Counted from the stretch's first letter, positions 48,501-56,643 are shown. The stretch is 61,290 bases of DNA from a virus (IMGVR_UViG_3300017788_000026:1-61290); one strand, 5' to 3'. Notes: generated from the letters alone by a model not told the origin. Numbers and translations are program-made.

Positions 48501-49669
48501 TAGGCTCGTACATAGCCACCACGCCGGGCGCTAGAAAGGGTCTAATCGACAAAGGCCTGTCTGTAGGTGAGACCGGCTACTTCAATAAGCAGGTAGTGAA
48601 TTCAGCTATTGAGTACACCATTAAGGAAGCTGACTGTAAATCCGGCGTTGGTAACACAATGCCGTTAACATCTCCTGAGATATACGACCGCTTCATCGCT
48701 TCAGGTCCGTACAGAAACAAGCTGGTTACTCCAGAGTTCGCGCGGCAGCTGATAGCAAAGGGTAAGAAAAACGTTATTGTACGCTCACCCATAACATGTC
48801 AGACAATCGGCGGCGTGTGCCAGAAGTGCTTTGGTTTAGATGAGACAGGCAAGCTACCGCCTATAGGCCTCCATATTGGAGCACTGGCGGGACAGACGCT
48901 AGGCGAGCGCGCGACCCAGATTACGCTAAAAGCCTTCCACAGCGGTGGTAGCGTTGGCGGTCCCAAGCTAGGCTTCGAGCGTATCCAGGAGCTAGTTAAC
49001 TTGCCCCAGAACGTAAAGAACAAAGCCACGCTGGCTTCTGTATCCGGTGCCGTCTCCAAGATAGAAGAATCCCCGGCCGGTGGTTGGTTCGTGTATGTGA
49101 AGACAACTAAGCACTATATACCTAAAGAACTAGGCCTGGGCGTAAAGATGCGCCAGGTAGTCAAAGCCGGCGATAAGCTTTCAAGTACCGGGTCAGTTAA
49201 GCCTCAAGAGCTACTAGAGTATACGGGGAGCCTGAACACTGTCCGTAACTTCCTAGTTGACGAGCTGGCTAGAAACTACAGCCGCGAGCAGGGCGCGTAC
49301 GTTAATCGCAAGATTGTGGAAACAGTTGTTCGCCCGTTGACTGATAAAGCAAAGGTGACCGACGCTGGTGGCGCCTTAGAGAGCTTCGGGGTTGTTCCTG
49401 GAGATATCTTATCGGTCAACTCGGTTAAGAATTACAACAGACGGCTTCGTTCAGCTAAAAAGAATGAGATCAAGTTTGAGCCTACATTAGTAGGTATCAA
49501 GACAGCGCCGCTGCTCGGACAAGATTTCGTAGGTGCGCTAGCTCACGAGCGGTTAAAAGAGACGCTAATGAAGGCGCCTGCCTTGGCTCTGTCTACGGAC
49601 ACTGAGAAAGGCCACCCGGTAGCCACTCTTGCACTAAAGAACCTGAGACAGGTGTCCACTGGTAAATGA
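42593..49669 (+). CDS. rpoBC: Fused beta-beta' multi-subunit-type DNA-directed RNA polymerase with intein
   Basis: GTERQVINQL, TPEGQKIG, GYNFEDG, GDKL/SMRAGAKG, NPAGIPSR, YKLKHQV; NRAPSLH, NMDFDGD, RKGLID, TQITLKAFHSGG. Confidence 0.95.
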   Translation: MGQYESFIAATRLTEKILKEAFPIKGKLHTVEATNLAWSGIGRDIARDLKTQKKYKLEDRSLVANLTGDVRIIDNKTSKVLDSRSKHVLLQLPHITERGSYILQGTERQVINQLRWRPGIYASFTPDNNVKVVLNTSAAGTYQVMLDRESLVTTFRVGTTTNFPIYSVLVAVGLNDVEIKTLLGQKMYDVNRAKAKPDIDIGKLLKKLRPYATAGSVEERTKLVKEFLESKPLDPEVNKVTIGEAVSFIGRDALIAAVKKAIDLGNGRVEEDDVESLAFKALLSFEDFIAERLIIAVPNIKKQVANLADRKPQILFALPPSTFTNVIENFFTKSEFTRHADQNNPIDIAAVNSLVTTMGEGGIQSSHAVTDELRTIHPSHLGLLDLMHTPEGQKIGVTNHLSLGAKRIGTSLALTVYEAKTGKKVEKTIQEIVNKVIAFPDQYDKLGSGVPVPRSSEVKVRVGNAYKTVKASQVEYIFSSPDAFFSTTTTAIPFLPNNHANRVLMGDKHIEQSVPLADPDKPLVMHRITSSDASGRRVGGYEELFGHAFVVKAPVSGKVTKVTNEAIFIKPAKGRAVEVAIHHHYPLNSGAFLHDTPKVKAGDSVKENQVLVENNFTKDTTLAMGKNLLAGYVAYKGYNFEDGIVISETAAKKLTSIHKNESRVDIDKNTKVGADFYFAAFPQELKYIRERKARYDEAGIIKKGATVEPGDILIPAFQQVPLHAEFDFKRLGKRLGDRAVDISARWDSLVPGEVVDVVKTGSFVKVYVKSVEPMKIGDKLCFTPDHDVLTVDGWKPVGDIVMTDVIATLREGLGVLEYHTPTEIFSYDCVEEPMYHLETQQLSMMVTMDHRLYVNRRDRLTYELLPARDVMGKRARFKKDAVWLAEPPETLLGFEPTDFCRLIGFFAAEGSLTKTDYRVTLHQIKEEGRQWVQALLKRLGIKYSVLKDRFNIYSKKLYEFFSLFGRYAWLKKLPTQLLLLDKERLQAIYEGFLIGDGTVNNSGSEILITTSPVLADQFQEIALKCGWSANIKKLPIDPNPKYIGSQVLYQRHETYHVRIVKGKCRPQINHGHVKKQHAQTEETVPYTGKVHCINVQNHIIYVRRNGKPHWSGNSMRAGAKGIVTHILPDEEMYKTKEGKVLDILLNPAGIPSRVNTGQMYEAATGKIALKTGKPYYTDNFNSRAPSMLTKVRQDMAAAGVVDEEEIVDPKTGSVISSTLVGPIHFYKLKHQVDTKFKARSTVDESYSLDQAPAKTDESSAQRIGMLDTFSLLSGNATSFLNDSFGLKSQKNDEYWIALQKGQIPPPPKVPFITEKFVTMLLGAGINLRQSGTKFVAAPLTDKEILAMSHGEIEKPLALKSNNLMPEKGGLFDPVKTGGIDGNRFNHISLATPIPNPLMLKAIVSVARLPKAESLTAILDGSLAVTPDGKITKELDTGAAGGAGVVNLLKNINVKKELTRTLAETKTAKKDQLDKAYKRLKYLRALDQLKLTPEEAYTNNYVPIIPTKFRHIQPRMDGSLNVSAPNFGYREIILINNQLKKLQKAGIDQTNLKKLNSDLFKAVSGLTGATAPLTRAGEVSGFIEKIKGTSPKMGLFQSKVLTRAQDLSARSTVIPNPKFGLDEIGLPTDMALTIYKPFVVRRLVNMGYDPLTARRLVETKDELALRVLELESRDRPAIMNRAPSLHKFNLQAFRPRLTDGRAVEVNPLIVAGFNMDFDGDTAGIHVPVSEEARKESLEKLLPSKNLLSVRDGSAMHAPTKETAYGVYLMSAPKGTPVRFKSKEDVLQAHLQNKIKVNTAVTVGGVTTCAGQYLIDSLFPKELKPGLQPMTAGRMNDAITAAARGLKSEEAASIITKLKDLGNHYVTEIGFTVSLKDLEVDSSKRNAILDKAKKAVSSIGFSAAAGNAAKEIGALVKSTTENRFVDAAITSGALGKGGTLAQMIATPVAVEDHRGNPVPMFIENSYAEGHDLGSYIATTPGARKGLIDKGLSVGETGYFNKQVVNSAIEYTIKEADCKSGVGNTMPLTSPEIYDRFIASGPYRNKLVTPEFARQLIAKGKKNVIVRSPITCQTIGGVCQKCFGLDETGKLPPIGLHIGALAGQTLGERATQITLKAFHSGGSVGGPKLGFERIQELVNLPQNVKNKATLASVSGAVSKIEESPAGGWFVYVKTTKHYIPKELGLGVKMRQVVKAGDKLSSTGSVKPQELLEYTGSLNTVRNFLVDELARNYSREQGAYVNRKIVETVVRPLTDKAKVTDAGGALESFGVVPGDILSVNSVKNYNRRLRSAKKNEIKFEPTLVGIKTAPLLGQDFVGALAHERLKETLMKAPALALSTDTEKGHPVATLALKNLRQVSTGK
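44933..45931 (+). mobile_element. Intein with LAGLIDADG homing endonuclease (333 aa)
   Basis: Starts CFTPDHDVLT, block B VTMDH, LIGFFAAEG and YEGFLIGDG, ends WSGN followed by Ser; interrupts GDKx-xR.G.KG. Confidence 0.92.
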
Positions 49670-50778
49670 TTAAGACCTACAGATCATTTGATAACCCTGA
49701 CATAAAGCAGGAATTCGGAACGGGCACCGTTCTTCTATATGACTCCGCTAGGAAGATCTATTCGGTGGCGGTAGACGGAAAGAGTGTCTACCAGTGCCGC
49801 GCTATACATTCCGGCACCACACGCATCTTCAAAAAGGATGATCGTGTAGTGGTGCTGCGCTGCGGCACTTCTACCTGGTTAATTCTAGGCAGCTACGACA
49901 CAGCTCCTATGGAAGAGACCAACGAGAGCTATTTGCAAGTAGACGCCATAGGTGAAAAAGAGCCTCAGGCGTTTCCCGGTGACGTGGAGCTGCATAACAA
50001 TAAAAAGCCGTTTAGGTTGCGTTCTTTAATCAGTATCTTCTCTTTCGGGGATATATTGATACGTTCCACGCACGCTTGCTACATGTACCTCAATAAGAAA
50101 ACTAACGCCATTAAGATACAGGCCACTAACCTGTTACTAAGCTGCCGAGGTTTTAAGCTACAGTCAAGGGTTAAGGAGTACGCCGTCAGAACAGAGTTCG
50201 TATCGTTTGCTGATACACGTAAGCTATCAGACGAAGAGAAAGAACGACAGACTGTTCTGGGTGATCTTACTGAGCAGATCGATACCGGTGACAAGTTTAC
50301 CTCGCCCACAGCTACGGCGGGAGAGCGGACCAAGTACCGCCGGCACGTGGTGTATGAAATAGATAACGCCACAGATACAGTCAGATTCTTTCAAAAAATA
50401 GGACTGACTGCCTTGATAGGGAAGTTCACTAAAGAGAATGCGGGAACGAGTCACTTCTCTGAAAAAGTAGAGCAAGAGGGCAAACCGGTCGAATCTGGTG
50501 TATGCCTAAAGCTTGGCTCAGCCTACACTATTGTTTTTAACGCAGGAACTAACGCGCTTAGTATAGCGTCTGCTGATAAATCAATAGTGATGGATAACGC
50601 TAAAATGGAGTTTAAAGTAGGTCAGCAGGTTATGACCTTAGACGCGTCCGGTCTGACAACCACCGTTACAAATCACAAGATGACAGTATCCGGCACCAGC
50701 GAAGAAAGCGTTGGATCGAAGACTATACAGAGCGCCAGCGACGTCAGTCTGCGCGGCGCCCAGATAAGGCTCAACTAA
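49666..50778 (+). CDS. gp5/gpV-like baseplate spike protein
   Basis: N-terminal OB-fold-like strands, C-terminal beta repeats ending GAQIRLN, directly before PAAR. Confidence 0.75.
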   Translation: MIKTYRSFDNPDIKQEFGTGTVLLYDSARKIYSVAVDGKSVYQCRAIHSGTTRIFKKDDRVVVLRCGTSTWLILGSYDTAPMEETNESYLQVDAIGEKEPQAFPGDVELHNNKKPFRLRSLISIFSFGDILIRSTHACYMYLNKKTNAIKIQATNLLLSCRGFKLQSRVKEYAVRTEFVSFADTRKLSDEEKERQTVLGDLTEQIDTGDKFTSPTATAGERTKYRRHVVYEIDNATDTVRFFQKIGLTALIGKFTKENAGTSHFSEKVEQEGKPVESGVCLKLGSAYTIVFNAGTNALSIASADKSIVMDNAKMEFKVGQQVMTLDASGLTTTVTNHKMTVSGTSEESVGSKTIQSASDVSLRGAQIRLN

Positions 50779-51071
50779 TGCAAGGCGCTTCCGTAGGGGA
50801 TATAGGGACGGGCGTGTGCCCGAATCACGACGCCCCCCAATCGTATGTGACCACGTTTATAACAGGCGCGTCCAGTGTTTTGATCAATGGGCGGCCAGCT
50901 GCTATAGTAGGTACGTTGGGAGCAGCTACTTGCTCACATCAGACAACGGCGTTGGTAGGTAGCGCCACCGTCTTTTTTGAAGGTAGAGGCGCGCACCGCT
51001 TAGGAGACACTGGAGTCAACTTCGGCCCCTACTCCGTAGCTTCCGCCTCTTCTAATGTTATAATTGGATGA
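50778..51071 (+). CDS. PAAR-domain spike tip
   Basis: GASSVLINGRPAAIVG...CSH...GSATVFFEGRGAHRLGD. Confidence 0.9.
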   Translation: MQGASVGDIGTGVCPNHDAPQSYVTTFITGASSVLINGRPAAIVGTLGAATCSHQTTALVGSATVFFEGRGAHRLGDTGVNFGPYSVASASSNVIIG

Positions 51072-51096
51072 ATCAACAGGTTTCTAGGATAAAATC

Positions 51097-51447
51097 ATGC
51101 CTCAAAGTAATATAGGTAGAGTAGTCTTTACGAACGAGTTCTCGCCGGCCGCGCCGCTGGTCGTCGAACTAGGTAACCTTTCTTCCAGCGCCGTTAAAGA
51201 CATCACTGTACTGAATACAGGTTCCGTGCCCTTTTATTGCTTTGGCACGGTGGTGTCCACGAATACCTCTCCAGTTATGGCTTTGTTCCCCGGGCAGAGA
51301 GGTACTATCGTCCTCAACGGCTCTGCTGGGAACCTGATATCTTTCAAGGCGTACAAATTTTTGGACCCTAGATACATTTCTTTGAACAGTACTGCCCCTG
51401 TAGAAGACACGCCGGCCTCATTCGAGCTAGAGGACTTGGGATCATGA
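51097..51447 (+). CDS. Small beta-rich virion protein
   Basis: 116 aa, coupled to next gene. Confidence 0.55.
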   Translation: MPQSNIGRVVFTNEFSPAAPLVVELGNLSSSAVKDITVLNTGSVPFYCFGTVVSTNTSPVMALFPGQRGTIVLNGSAGNLISFKAYKFLDPRYISLNSTAPVEDTPASFELEDLGS

Positions 51448-53081
51448 GTAACGATCTTTTTCTGACAAGAGAGCGCTGGCTGGAGAAGCTAGCCGGCCCC
51501 AAACTGAGACAGAACGTCAAGGAGTGGGAGTCCGAGATACTGGAGAGATTGCACCAGGAGCATCCGTATCTGGTGGACTCCAATATCAGCATTAAGATGA
51601 AGAAAGTTGATCCAGAAACTGGGTCAGGTATAGGCGCTATTACCTTAGATGAGCGGCTCACGATACCTATCGTTGTCAAGAACTTCCGACTAGAGCCGCT
51701 GGATACGCTCATAAACGGCCCGGATATGCTTCCGCTTACACGAGCACGTATTGAGATGGCGCTCAAGCCACTAGCTATCGGCACCCCGGTAGCGCCTGGT
51801 AAGGGCGAGGTTACTGACGCCTCGCTGACACATATGACGACGCCGCCCTATGATGGCAAGTACACGTTCGCCTCGTCGCTCAAATACACTAAGGACGATT
51901 TCTCTGGGGCCATAAGTCGCGCCTTCTCAGAAAACGGCCTGACCTTTGAACTACACACAAACGGTATGTTGAAAGAGGCCCTACTGGCGTTTAATAACAA
52001 CGCTAAGGAAGAGACTCCTGAAGAAGCAGCTCCTGTGTACAAGCTGGAGGAAACGGCTGTCGTCCAACAGAGCACATCCACTCCGGGCATACATTCGGTA
52101 CTAACAGGAGCCGGCCCGGTTACTGGTGTTCTAGCGAAGACCGCCTCCGGTAAATGGCTGTTCGCTGGGTTTAATGGACAGTATGCCTCTTTCGATAAAC
52201 AACCGGACCTCCCTCTTTCGGAAGCGCCTCTTAAGAAGATGGCTGAGGCGCCGGTACGTGGAGAGGGCGTATTTGTTTACAAAACAGCCGCCGGTGTGGA
52301 AGCTAGCGGACCGATTAAGGTACTGAGTGTTGTCGCAGATGATCCGATAATACGTGATCAGTCTGGTAATAAGTACACGCTGTACTTTTCAAAAGAAGCT
52401 AGCGGCCTACAGCTTGGAGACGGCATCGCCGTTGTTGGTGAGGACAGCGCCTTCGTGCCGCTTACACACAAAATCACCATCCCTATGGTAAAGACTGCCG
52501 AGGCTATCAAGCGGGGGGTTTATCTTAAGATAGAGAAGCGTGCCGGCCGGGTGCATCTATCAAGCAACCGTGACTGGGAATTCAGTGAGGCCCTCCTAAA
52601 AGAGGGCGAGTACATGGAGGATCTGCGCGAGAAGCTATCTCCGTACTTCGACGACATCTCGCTGAATAAAGTAGCCGCCGTTCAAGGCTCTCAGTACTTT
52701 GCCGTAGAGAAAAACGAGAAGCTGCTAAAGCAGCCGCTTCCTGAAATACATCTAAGTAAAGAATCTATGCGGGCTATCACAAAGACAGCCTCGTTATTTG
52801 ATTCCTCAGCCGCCTCTTTCATAAAGCTATCAGAGGAGATGAGCAAGAAGACTATCGACACTCTACTCGGTCTAAACTTCTTGACCAAACAAAATGTGTC
52901 GAAGTTCATTGATAATATGGATAAGATAGCTGAAGCGCGGCAGGCGGTCGGTCAGCTACTTATGGCCTCTAGACTGGGGCTAGATGTCGATCAAGGTCCT
53001 GTAAAAGCAGCTTTTTATGCGCTAGACGAAGTTGAGCAGGATCTGCAACAGCTGTATAATGTCACTACAACAAGGAACTAA
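51444..53081 (+). CDS. Probable head protein with repeated KxA motifs
   Basis: KLA, KTA, KMA, KTA, KEA, KTA, KRA, KVA, KTA, KIA. Confidence 0.55.
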   Translation: MSNDLFLTRERWLEKLAGPKLRQNVKEWESEILERLHQEHPYLVDSNISIKMKKVDPETGSGIGAITLDERLTIPIVVKNFRLEPLDTLINGPDMLPLTRARIEMALKPLAIGTPVAPGKGEVTDASLTHMTTPPYDGKYTFASSLKYTKDDFSGAISRAFSENGLTFELHTNGMLKEALLAFNNNAKEETPEEAAPVYKLEETAVVQQSTSTPGIHSVLTGAGPVTGVLAKTASGKWLFAGFNGQYASFDKQPDLPLSEAPLKKMAEAPVRGEGVFVYKTAAGVEASGPIKVLSVVADDPIIRDQSGNKYTLYFSKEASGLQLGDGIAVVGEDSAFVPLTHKITIPMVKTAEAIKRGVYLKIEKRAGRVHLSSNRDWEFSEALLKEGEYMEDLREKLSPYFDDISLNKVAAVQGSQYFAVEKNEKLLKQPLPEIHLSKESMRAITKTASLFDSSAASFIKLSEEMSKKTIDTLLGLNFLTKQNVSKFIDNMDKIAEARQAVGQLLMASRLGLDVDQGPVKAAFYALDEVEQDLQQLYNVTTTRN

Positions 53082-53082
53082 C

Positions 53083-53340
53083 ATGAATTTTCACGAAGCG
53101 TTTTTTGATGAGTTGAGTAAACGCGCGGCTAGAGAGCCGATGAGCGACGAGGATGCGAAACGCGGTTCCATCCGTGGATTGCATCTAATTGGTGGAGGCC
53201 TTTTAGGTGCGGGAACGGGATACGGAATAGCTAGGGCACTAAAAGGTAATAAAGATAGGGCATTACGTGCCGGTGCCATGCTCGGTACCTTAGCTGGTTT
53301 CCATAGCGGTAGATATCATGCTGCTTCTCGTAAAAAATAA
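53083..53340 (+). CDS. Leader-family protein with glycine zipper
   Basis: MNFHEAFFDELSKRA; GGGLLGAGTGYG. Confidence 0.75.
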   Translation: MNFHEAFFDELSKRAAREPMSDEDAKRGSIRGLHLIGGGLLGAGTGYGIARALKGNKDRALRAGAMLGTLAGFHSGRYHAASRKK

Positions 53341-53362
53341 GGAACTAAAATAAGGAACTAAC

Positions 53363-53770
53363 ATGAACTTTCATCAGGCGTTTTTTGATGAACTAACCAA
53401 AGCCGCGTTCGCTTTAGGTGAGAAAGAGCGAAAAGCGCGGGATGAGGTGAATGAGGCATATAGGAAAGCCTACTCTGATGAGGGTGACAAAACCCTCAAT
53501 GAGAAAAGAAAGGGCCATCGTAACGTGACGCTTAAACGCAGCTTAGGCGGTATGGCGGGAGGAGCGCTTGGTGGGGCAGCTATAGGCGCTCTGTTAAGCC
53601 AGAGAAATCGCATCGCGGGCGCGGGGATCGGTGCCTCCATAGGGGCGTTCCCAGGGTTGTTGGGGGGAACGCTTTCGTCGAGGCACTCCTTCCAGGCCTC
53701 CAATATGCGCGATAAAGAATGGCGCCGCCGCAAGAAAGAAATGGGCGAGGACGCGTTCGACCAAGGGTGA
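53363..53770 (+). CDS. Leader-family protein with glycine zipper
   Basis: MNFHQAFFDELTKAA; GGMAGGALGGAAIG. Confidence 0.75.
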   Translation: MNFHQAFFDELTKAAFALGEKERKARDEVNEAYRKAYSDEGDKTLNEKRKGHRNVTLKRSLGGMAGGALGGAAIGALLSQRNRIAGAGIGASIGAFPGLLGGTLSSRHSFQASNMRDKEWRRRKKEMGEDAFDQG

Positions 53771-53774
53771 TTAT

Positions 53775-54815
53775 ATGGCGGCATACTCTAGGCCGCGGAT
53801 AGCAAAAGAATTCAAGATCAACGACAAGACGCTCTCCTGGTTGGAGAGCTCTGGTCGTTTGGTCATTGATTGGCAGCCTAAGAACGGGCTGCTTACGTGT
53901 GAGCTAACAGCCGAGCAAAAACGTCTGCTGTCCTTCGCGCGCATAAGTTTATTTGCCTTTAACGACGATTCAGGTAGATGGAACTGGCCGTTCCAGCGAT
54001 TTCTTGTTCTTCGGTTCTTGCAGATGGACACCGATACGCAATATCAAGAACTGCTCGATCGCGGTATAGTAGCAAAGCCGGGCTTTTCAAAAGAAGAGCT
54101 AGATATAATCAAGATGCAGTTTGTGGCAAGGCTGCCTGAGGAAAGCCGGGTTCTAGTAGAGAAGCCTGGGGAAGGTAAAAAAGAAGACCTGGATACTGTC
54201 CTGGATTTACTAGATCTGTCATTGGCCTACGAGCATCCAGAACTAGAGCAGTCTTTTTACTTCATGCTCGACAAAGATATAAAAGACGCCGTGGACTGCG
54301 CAGTCAGCACCCACTCTAGTTTTGTTGAGATACAGACCTTCCTGCGCACCTGCCTGGGAATGCAGATTTCTATAGAAGGACTAGCGTTCTACCAACAGTT
54401 GTTCTTTGATGTACAGTTAGTTCCTAACGAGCATTTTAAGAACTATCTGCGCACCCTTCGTCCTAGTATGCGTGATAAGCTACGCACAGCAGTTAATGCT
54501 ACAGTAGAGCTGTTCCGCTTTAAGGCGGGCTACGACGACAAGGTAGAGGTAGACAAGGTGTTGACCGTAGTTCGAGACGATCTGCTACAAGATCTGCTGG
54601 GCCTATTATCTACAAAAGGACCTGATTCAGAGAAAGTGTTTAACACTACATTGAAGAGCCTAACGGCTGTTCTTGAGCGCTTAGATAGGCTTGGAGTAAA
54701 AACAAAGACCAGCGCTGTACGGGCCGGCCCGATCATAAACGTGGCGCCTAAGAACATGGCTGATTTAGCTATCTTTAAGCTACCGCAGGCAGAAGAAAAG
54801 ACAGCTAGTGGCTAA
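53775..54815 (+). CDS. Hypothetical helical phage protein
   Basis: 346-aa ORF, no recognised motif. Confidence 0.7.
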   Translation: MAAYSRPRIAKEFKINDKTLSWLESSGRLVIDWQPKNGLLTCELTAEQKRLLSFARISLFAFNDDSGRWNWPFQRFLVLRFLQMDTDTQYQELLDRGIVAKPGFSKEELDIIKMQFVARLPEESRVLVEKPGEGKKEDLDTVLDLLDLSLAYEHPELEQSFYFMLDKDIKDAVDCAVSTHSSFVEIQTFLRTCLGMQISIEGLAFYQQLFFDVQLVPNEHFKNYLRTLRPSMRDKLRTAVNATVELFRFKAGYDDKVEVDKVLTVVRDDLLQDLLGLLSTKGPDSEKVFNTTLKSLTAVLERLDRLGVKTKTSAVRAGPIINVAPKNMADLAIFKLPQAEEKTASG

Positions 54816-55740
54816 GTCTGCCGGTAATTTCTGTAAAGGGTTCTTTTCAGAACTAGAAAAGGCAGCTGTTTTTGAAACAGCTGCTTTGGGAGCTGGGGCG
54901 CATGTTCTTACAAACGCTGCCGTGAAGCATTTGCATCATGATAGAACAGGCGTGGCCGGAAAGATATTTAATCCCGTGTCGCGCGCGTTACGTGGTGCTA
55001 GGCGAGATACGTTTGCGCAAGGCATTACCCGCGGCATACAGGGACAACCGCCGTTATCTACAAAAGGTCAATTTACTAGGGCGTGGCTTTTACCAGAGGT
55101 TACTAGCGCCGCTGAACTAGGGCACAGGGCCGGTGAGCGTATGGCGGGACTAAAGCCTGGGGCGCGGTATAAGGCATTAAAAAAACTTCGCTCTTCTGTC
55201 GCTAGATCTACTCATATCAAGAACGCTCCTATAGGCGAAGATATAGTAGGGGCGGTAAACAGAACACTAGCTGACACCACAGCGATGCGCTTCCCCAGAA
55301 GGGCGGTGCCTTCGACACATGATAAATCTCTTTTGGCAAAAACGGAGCTAAAACAACGCCTGATGAGTACTGCGGCGGGCTTGCCGTTAGTCGCCTTAAC
55401 AGGAGGCAAGGCTGCTATACACGGAGCAATAAACCAGGCGCGCGTAGCGGCCGCCCGCTCTGATTATGGTAAGAAGTTTACTAAAGATGGTTTTATTAAA
55501 GGGTTTAAAGACGGGATATTCCGCACCAATACGTTATCCAAAACAAAAGAGCGCTTAATTGATTACGGACTATCCCCGGCCGCCTTAGATTCGCGACGAT
55601 TAGGTAAGGCTATGGGAATGGAGGTTAGGGATAACCCACACTCCGCCGCGCGGGTGGCTCACGCCATCGGGCGAGTATCTCCAGCCAACTCTGGGTCGTT
55701 AGCCAGCACAGCACATAAGTTAACTGAACTGTTTGAGTAA
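54808..55740 (+). CDS. Leader-family basic protein
   Basis: NFCKGFFSELEKAA near N-terminus. Confidence 0.7.
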   Translation: MAKSAGNFCKGFFSELEKAAVFETAALGAGAHVLTNAAVKHLHHDRTGVAGKIFNPVSRALRGARRDTFAQGITRGIQGQPPLSTKGQFTRAWLLPEVTSAAELGHRAGERMAGLKPGARYKALKKLRSSVARSTHIKNAPIGEDIVGAVNRTLADTTAMRFPRRAVPSTHDKSLLAKTELKQRLMSTAAGLPLVALTGGKAAIHGAINQARVAAARSDYGKKFTKDGFIKGFKDGIFRTNTLSKTKERLIDYGLSPAALDSRRLGKAMGMEVRDNPHSAARVAHAIGRVSPANSGSLASTAHKLTELFE

Positions 55741-55742
55741 AA

Positions 55743-55763
55743 ACACAGGGGGCTACCCTGTGT
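55743..55763. terminator. Hairpin between convergent genes
   Basis: ACACAGGG-GGCTA-CCCTGTGT. Confidence 0.7.
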
Positions 55764-55775
55764 CATTGAGCGGGG

Positions 55776-55871
55776 TTAGACGAGACTCCACAACCACTCC
55801 AGTATCCACCAGACTGCTGTTAGGAAGAGCATAACCCCGGCGGTTAGGAGCAGGACTTTATACGGCCTCAT
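55776..55871 (-). CDS. 31-aa TM peptide
   Basis: MRPYKVLLLTAGVMLFLTAVWWILEWLWSLV; GGAG RBS. Confidence 0.55.
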   Translation of the reverse strand: MRPYKVLLLTAGVMLFLTAVWWILEWLWSLV

Positions 55872-55897
55872 AATTATTCTCCGTTTGATTGCCTGAG

Positions 55898-56050
55898 CTA
55901 CAGATACCGCTCGATAGCCCACACAGCGGCTACGCCGATACCGAAGACAATGGCCGCGCGCAGAACCTGGTTCACCAAGTTCTTGAACGCCCGCTTCATG
56001 TCTTCTTGCGCTTGACGCAAGGCTGCTTTTGACTGGTCACGAGATTTCAT
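55898..56050 (-). CDS. 50-aa C-terminally anchored peptide
   Basis: MKSRDQSK...IVFGIGVAAVWAIERYL; AAGGAGG RBS. Confidence 0.65.
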   Translation of the reverse strand: MKSRDQSKAALRQAQEDMKRAFKNLVNQVLRAAIVFGIGVAAVWAIERYL

Positions 56051-56065
56051 TGAGATCCTCCTTCA

Positions 56066-56134
56066 ATATCTTATGACGTATTTAGGGAGTGGTTTTGAGG
56101 TAAAAAGAAACCCCCGGCATAGGAGGTTTCTCTT
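56066..56134 (-). promoter_or_regulatory. Terminator-promoter spacer unit 1
   Basis: Hairpin plus T tract, then CCTCAAAA..CCCTAAATACGTCATAAGATAT. Confidence 0.75.
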
Positions 56135-56145
56135 GTACTTACTAC

Positions 56146-56643
56146 TTACGCAGGCTCGATCTTGCGATGCGCGGCGCACCATGTCTGGATGAGATCACGA
56201 AAGCCTGTCACCTCATCAGGGTACTCACGTTGACCATCACAGAATCCGCTGATGCTAGCTTCCATGAAGCCGTCGTCTCTGACGCCCTCCATCAGGGCCG
56301 AAGGGGAGAGACCCTCCAACAGCTGCACGACCGCGCGGGCCGTGTCGAACTGCTCCTTCTCGATCGCCTCCGCGATGACCCTGACAAGCGTCTCCCGGAT
56401 GGAGCGCAAAGAAACGGACTCATCGAAATAGGTGGCGGCGTTGCTCAGTCCCATGTCGGCCATCATAGACCCGAGATGTTGCCTTGCTTGGACGTGTTGT
56501 ACGTCTTCCATCCAAGCAATACGTTGCTCCTCCTTCCATGTTTGCCAGGATGCGCGCAGCGGCTCCAACTGCGCACGAATCTCGGCTTCTGTGAGGGGCG
56601 GGTCTTGCGGGTCTTCTTGTGTGACTAGGGTTAGTGTTCCCAT
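56146..56643 (-). CDS. Hypothetical protein (GC-rich cassette)
   Basis: Likely start MGTLTL after AAGGA. Confidence 0.7.
   Translation of the reverse strand: MGTLTLVTQEDPQDPPLTEAEIRAQLEPLRASWQTWKEEQRIAWMEDVQHVQARQHLGSMMADMGLSNAATYFDESVSLRSIRETLVRVIAEAIEKEQFDTARAVVQLLEGLSPSALMEGVRDDGFMEASISGFCDGQREYPDEVTGFRDLIQTWCAAHRKIEPA

Noticed and set aside
42593-49669. Bacterial chromosomal rpoBC locus
   Set aside because: No ribosomal-protein neighbours, highly divergent motifs, flanked by phage spike/PAAR/portal genes
51444-53081. Firm call as major capsid protein
   Set aside because: No HK97-fold signature recognisable by eye; left as probable head protein
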